A DNA stretch of 64,000 bases from Nitrosopumilus sp. (GTDB lineage Archaea; Thermoproteota; Nitrososphaeria; Nitrososphaerales; Nitrosopumilaceae): positions 1,312,001 to 1,376,000 of the forward strand of contig OZ244651.1 of NCBI GenBank assembly GCA_965218695.1, read 5' to 3'. Positions 60,191 to 64,000 of the stretch are shown here, in pieces (the stretch's first letter is position 1; every line of letters begins with the position of its first letter). Below the pieces are notes generated by a model, which had not been told where the DNA came from, ran no database searches, and saw only the letters and a list, made by a program, of their open reading frames with translations. The position numbers and the translations under genes are program-made.

Positions 60191-61210
60191 ATGACGACAC
60201 CCAAGGATGCACCCGCCGTGCCCTCGATTGAGACGCGCTCCCTTACCAAATCGTTTGGAGGGGTTGTGGCAGTCGATGACGTCTCCTTTTCAGTGAACAC
60301 CGGGGAGATCTTCGGATTTCTAGGCCCCAACGGTGCTGGAAAGAGCACCACCATGATGATTCTGACCACCCTGCTAAAACCCACATCGGGACAGGCCCTC
60401 CTCTGCGGGTTTGATGTGACAAAGAATCCAAAGCAGGTCAGGTACAGCATAGGATACGTGCAGCAGGAGACCACTGCAGACGAGTACCTGACCGGGCGGG
60501 AGAACCTGCTGCTCCATGCAAGACTCAACCACATCCCCAAGGACAAGGTCAACGCAAGAATTGATCAGGTCCTGGATCTCATAGAACTTGCAGACAGACA
60601 GGACGACCCCGTAATCACATACTCTGGCGGGATGCGAAAGCGGCTGGATATTGCCGGCGGCTTGCTGCACATGCCAAAGGTGCTGTTCCTTGACGAGCCC
60701 ACCGTGGGATTGGACATCCAGACCCGCAGGAAGATCTGGGAGTACATAAAAAAGATTCATGACGAGTACGATATGACCATATTTCTCACCACCCACTACA
60801 TGGAGGAGGCAGATCAGCTGTGTGACCGGATTGGGATAATCGACGGCGGAAAGATCCAGGTGATCGACAAGCCTGAGAACATGAAGAATGCAATGGGACA
60901 CGAGGTAGTCTCCATCGTCGTCTCAGGGGGGCATCAGGAACTCATATCCGGCCTGGAAAAGACGGATCTGCTGACCAGAGTTACCCGGAAGGATTCACTA
61001 ATCACGCTCTTTACGTCCGACGGCCCCAAGATCATTCCAATGATATTTCAGATCTCCTCTGAGCACAACATCAAGATCACATCCATTACGCTTACCCGGC
61101 CCACCCTTGATGACGTCTTCATATCATACACGGGTCACAAGATTCGGGATGACGATGTCACGTTCAACCGGCAGCGCGAGCACGCAAAGATGACGAGGCT
61201 GCGGTCATGA
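60191..61210 (+). CDS. ABC exporter ATP-binding protein (DrrA-like)
   Basis: GPNGAGKST, YSGGM, LFLDEPT, TTHYMEEA. Confidence 0.95.
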   Translation: MTTPKDAPAVPSIETRSLTKSFGGVVAVDDVSFSVNTGEIFGFLGPNGAGKSTTMMILTTLLKPTSGQALLCGFDVTKNPKQVRYSIGYVQQETTADEYLTGRENLLLHARLNHIPKDKVNARIDQVLDLIELADRQDDPVITYSGGMRKRLDIAGGLLHMPKVLFLDEPTVGLDIQTRRKIWEYIKKIHDEYDMTIFLTTHYMEEADQLCDRIGIIDGGKIQVIDKPENMKNAMGHEVVSIVVSGGHQELISGLEKTDLLTRVTRKDSLITLFTSDGPKIIPMIFQISSEHNIKITSITLTRPTLDDVFISYTGHKIRDDDVTFNRQREHAKMTRLRS

Positions 61211-61992
61211 GCACCGTAATTCGCGACACATACACGATATTCTGGCGGGAGATGAAGAGGTACAAAAAGTCCCGGAGCGGGGTCATGATCAGGCTGATCC
61301 AGCCCGCGGTATGGATTCTGGTAATCGGAAACACCTTTGCAGAGACCCAGCCGCTCTTGCAGTCGGTCGGGTTTGACGGACAGTACATCGAGTTTATGGC
61401 CCCCGGCGTCATCATCCTTACTGCCATCTTTACCAGCATCTTTGGCGGCGTCAACACGCTGTGGGATCGGCGCTACGGCTTTATGAACAAGGCACTGACC
61501 TCGCCAATCTCGCGTTCTGCGATAGCCGTCGGAAAGATGTCTGCAATAGCCATGATTGCGGCCCTGCAGGCCAGCCTGATTCTGGGAATCGTCCTGGCAA
61601 TAGGGGTGGAGTTTCCCAACCCGATAATGATCATACCGATCATGGCAATCGTGATTCTGTTCTCGCTGGGATTCTCCGGGATCTCTGTGGCAGTTGCCGC
61701 AACTGCAAAATCCCAAGAGACGTTCTGGGGGATGATCAACTTTCTTGGAATGCCTCTGTTCATGATCAGCCCGGCCCTCTTTCCGCTGTCGCTTCTCCCT
61801 GACTGGCTGGCTGCAATCGCACAACTGAACCCCGTGACCTATACTGTTCTGCTGGTCCGGGAGATGATGACCGGAGTATCAGAAGGTGGGGTTCCGGTAC
61901 TGTTCAGTCTTGGGATAATCCTCGTATTCGTGCTTGCGATGGTCGTCCTGACAAGCTACGTCTTTACGCGAGAGGTAAACAAGCCGTTCTGA
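61207..61992 (+). CDS. ABC-2 type permease
   Basis: About six TM segments; FMAPG, NPVTY. Confidence 0.94.
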   Translation: MSTVIRDTYTIFWREMKRYKKSRSGVMIRLIQPAVWILVIGNTFAETQPLLQSVGFDGQYIEFMAPGVIILTAIFTSIFGGVNTLWDRRYGFMNKALTSPISRSAIAVGKMSAIAMIAALQASLILGIVLAIGVEFPNPIMIIPIMAIVILFSLGFSGISVAVAATAKSQETFWGMINFLGMPLFMISPALFPLSLLPDWLAAIAQLNPVTYTVLLVREMMTGVSEGGVPVLFSLGIILVFVLAMVVLTSYVFTREVNKPF

Positions 61993-62033
61993 CTTTAATT
62001 TGACAAAAACAACAATGTTTTCTTACATGTACG

Positions 62034-63632
62034 ATGTTTGCCAAATTTGGCAACACCTTGGCATTGGCAATGATACATCTGGCCGCACTGGCACTGTCTG
62101 CTGTCATATTTGTCGGAATCCAGTACTCATACGCATTTGAATATGAGAGCCTGTATGAATGGGGCTCGTTTGGAATATCAGACCCCGGACTGTTCTCGCA
62201 CCCGCAGTTTGTTGACGTTGACGGACTTGGCAACGTCTATGTGAGTGATTATGGAAACAAGCGGATCCAAAAGTTTGACGCGGGTGGAAATTTTGTCCTT
62301 GAATGGGGCTCCAGCGGGCGCGGAGACGGCCAGTTTCATTATCCGACGGGAGTAGCATCTGACGACTCGTTTGTCTATGTCGCCGATCGCGACCTGAACC
62401 GCATACAAAAATTCTTCCATAACGGAACGTACGTGTCCGAGTGGGGGGAGCGCGGCAGATCCGACGGCAAGCTGATACTGCCTGACGGCGTCGCCACGCA
62501 TAATGGATCTGTATATGTGGTGGATACCGGAAACTACCGGGTGCAAAAGTTTACCGCAGACGGCGAGTTTGTACTGTCCATTGGTTCAAGCGGGACGGGC
62601 GCAGGCGAGTTTCTTACCCCCCGCGGGATCCATGTCGGTGGCAACGGAACCATCCATGTGACTGACAAGGGAAACAACAAGATAGAGGTGTTTAGTTCGA
62701 ATGGAACGAGCCTGTACAACTTGTCATTTATCGGCCGCGACAGGTTCATGCCCGGCGGAATACACGCAGATGACTCCGGAGGGCTGTACGTGACTGATGC
62801 CAACCAAGGCGGGCTGTATTACTTTGAATCGGGACTCAACTCGACCATCTCGCCCCCCGACTACCTCATAACCCCCTCATCGTCTGCGCGCTACGTTGAT
62901 GCAGCGGTGGGCGTGAACGGCGAGCTGTACGCAGTCGACGCGTTCAACCACGCAGTCCACGCATACTCCACGCCGTCGTACGTGGCCCCGCCGGTGACGC
63001 CGGAGATACAAGTCGATCCAGACGAGTTTGACGAGGAAGTGGCCGTGACAGACGTGATCCGGCCGGTGCTGACCCCTCCCTCGGACATGGTCGTGGACGC
63101 CGACGACCTCTACACCGTGGTCTCAGTAGGAGATGCGACGGCAACCGACGAGGGCGGCATACACGCAATCCTGAACAACGCACCGGACAAGTTCTCCCTG
63201 GGCGTGACAAAGGTCACCTGGTTCGCATTTGACAACGCCGGTAACTCCGCCGAGGCATACCAGTACGTTACGGTCTTGGCGTGCGGGGAATCGCACTCCA
63301 ACTTCAACATGATCCAGGGCACCACCGTCGTCGACGTCCTCATTGGCACCGAGGGGAGGGATCTGATATTCGGACTGGATGGCGATGATCACATTAATGG
63401 GGCATCAGGCGATGACTGCATCTTTGGCGGGGGCGGCCTAGACATCATATTTGGCGGGTCTGGAGATGACACGATATATGGCGATGCAGGCGACGACATC
63501 ATCAAGGGGGAATCCGGCGATGATGAGATTGACGGCGGGGAAGGAGACGATATAGTTAGCGGCGGTTCCGGCGAAGACGACTGCCGCGCGCATGTGGGCA
63601 GCAATGACCTTCTGGCAAGCTGCGAGTCATGA
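62034..63632 (+). CDS. Secreted NHL-repeat / HYR-like / RTX Ca-binding repeat protein
   Basis: GQFHYPTGVA-type repeats, VTWFAFDNAGN, GGxGDDxI nonapeptides. Confidence 0.9.
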   Translation: MFAKFGNTLALAMIHLAALALSAVIFVGIQYSYAFEYESLYEWGSFGISDPGLFSHPQFVDVDGLGNVYVSDYGNKRIQKFDAGGNFVLEWGSSGRGDGQFHYPTGVASDDSFVYVADRDLNRIQKFFHNGTYVSEWGERGRSDGKLILPDGVATHNGSVYVVDTGNYRVQKFTADGEFVLSIGSSGTGAGEFLTPRGIHVGGNGTIHVTDKGNNKIEVFSSNGTSLYNLSFIGRDRFMPGGIHADDSGGLYVTDANQGGLYYFESGLNSTISPPDYLITPSSSARYVDAAVGVNGELYAVDAFNHAVHAYSTPSYVAPPVTPEIQVDPDEFDEEVAVTDVIRPVLTPPSDMVVDADDLYTVVSVGDATATDEGGIHAILNNAPDKFSLGVTKVTWFAFDNAGNSAEAYQYVTVLACGESHSNFNMIQGTTVVDVLIGTEGRDLIFGLDGDDHINGASGDDCIFGGGGLDIIFGGSGDDTIYGDAGDDIIKGESGDDEIDGGEGDDIVSGGSGEDDCRAHVGSNDLLASCES

Positions 63633-63737
63633 CCGACGGCCTGCAGCTGGGCATTTCATTTTCACTATATAGCGTACATGGTGATGTTGTAATCTATGCT
63701 TGGTATTTGTATATAACATACAACACGCGTTCCAATA

Positions 63738-64000
63738 ATGAAGAAGGCAACTTCTATAATGCTGATCGCGGTGCTGTTGATCCCCGCCGTTCTGCCATAC
63801 CATGCCAACGCACAAGAATCCCAGGTAAGGATTGACGGGGTCGGCGCATCGTTTGCGTTCCCCCTGATGGACCTGTGGAGGGTAAAGTATGCAGAGGTGC
63901 GCCCCGAAGTACAGATGAACTACCAGTCAATCGGTAGCGGCGGCGGCGTCAAGCAGCACATCGAAAAGACGATAAACTTTGCAGCATCTGACGCACCCCT
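63738..64000 (+). CDS. pstS: Phosphate ABC transporter substrate-binding protein (runs off the window)
   Basis: Own translation: signal peptide, then IDGVGASFAFPL...NYQSIGSGGG...NFAASDAP. Confidence 0.92.
   Translation, partial: MKKATSIMLIAVLLIPAVLPYHANAQESQVRIDGVGASFAFPLMDLWRVKYAEVRPEVQMNYQSIGSGGGVKQHIEKTINFAASDAP

Overview
Core chromosomal region of an ammonia-oxidising archaeon (Thaumarchaeota/Nitrososphaerota, Nitrosopumilaceae-like). The assignment rests on gene content and order: ftsY-argF, L18-S5-L30-L15-secY-adk-DUF106-cmk-cbf5, 2-oxoacid:ferredoxin oxidoreductase, cofE, two LeuC/LeuD-type pairs, rpo3-L18e-L13-S9, the SBDS-exosome-L37ae-Pcc1-prefoldin cluster, and an IPSWVK-repeat secreted protein. 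There are three tRNAs: Ser-GGA with a 14-nt intron, Gly-GCC and Glu-CTC. Five insertion sequences with readable ends and target duplications cover about 7 kb (about 11%): two ISH3-like, two near-identical IS630 and one single-ORF IS66. Intergenic DNA is GC-rich and carries tetranucleotide microsatellites, and several proteins carry homopeptide or tandem expansions, which suggests a host-associated lineage (inference). The most interesting items are unannotated micro-proteins (a metallothionein-like 44-aa peptide, an 8-Cys peptide ending in Gly-Gly, and two divergent micro-ORFs between the IS630 copies), an ISH3-like element with three ends, a two-TM membrane-tethered wHTH regulator divergent from a secreted beta-propeller protein, and a stand-alone PLD-like domain that appears catalytically dead. 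No CRISPR array or rRNA was seen. All family assignments come from motif recognition by eye, not database searches.
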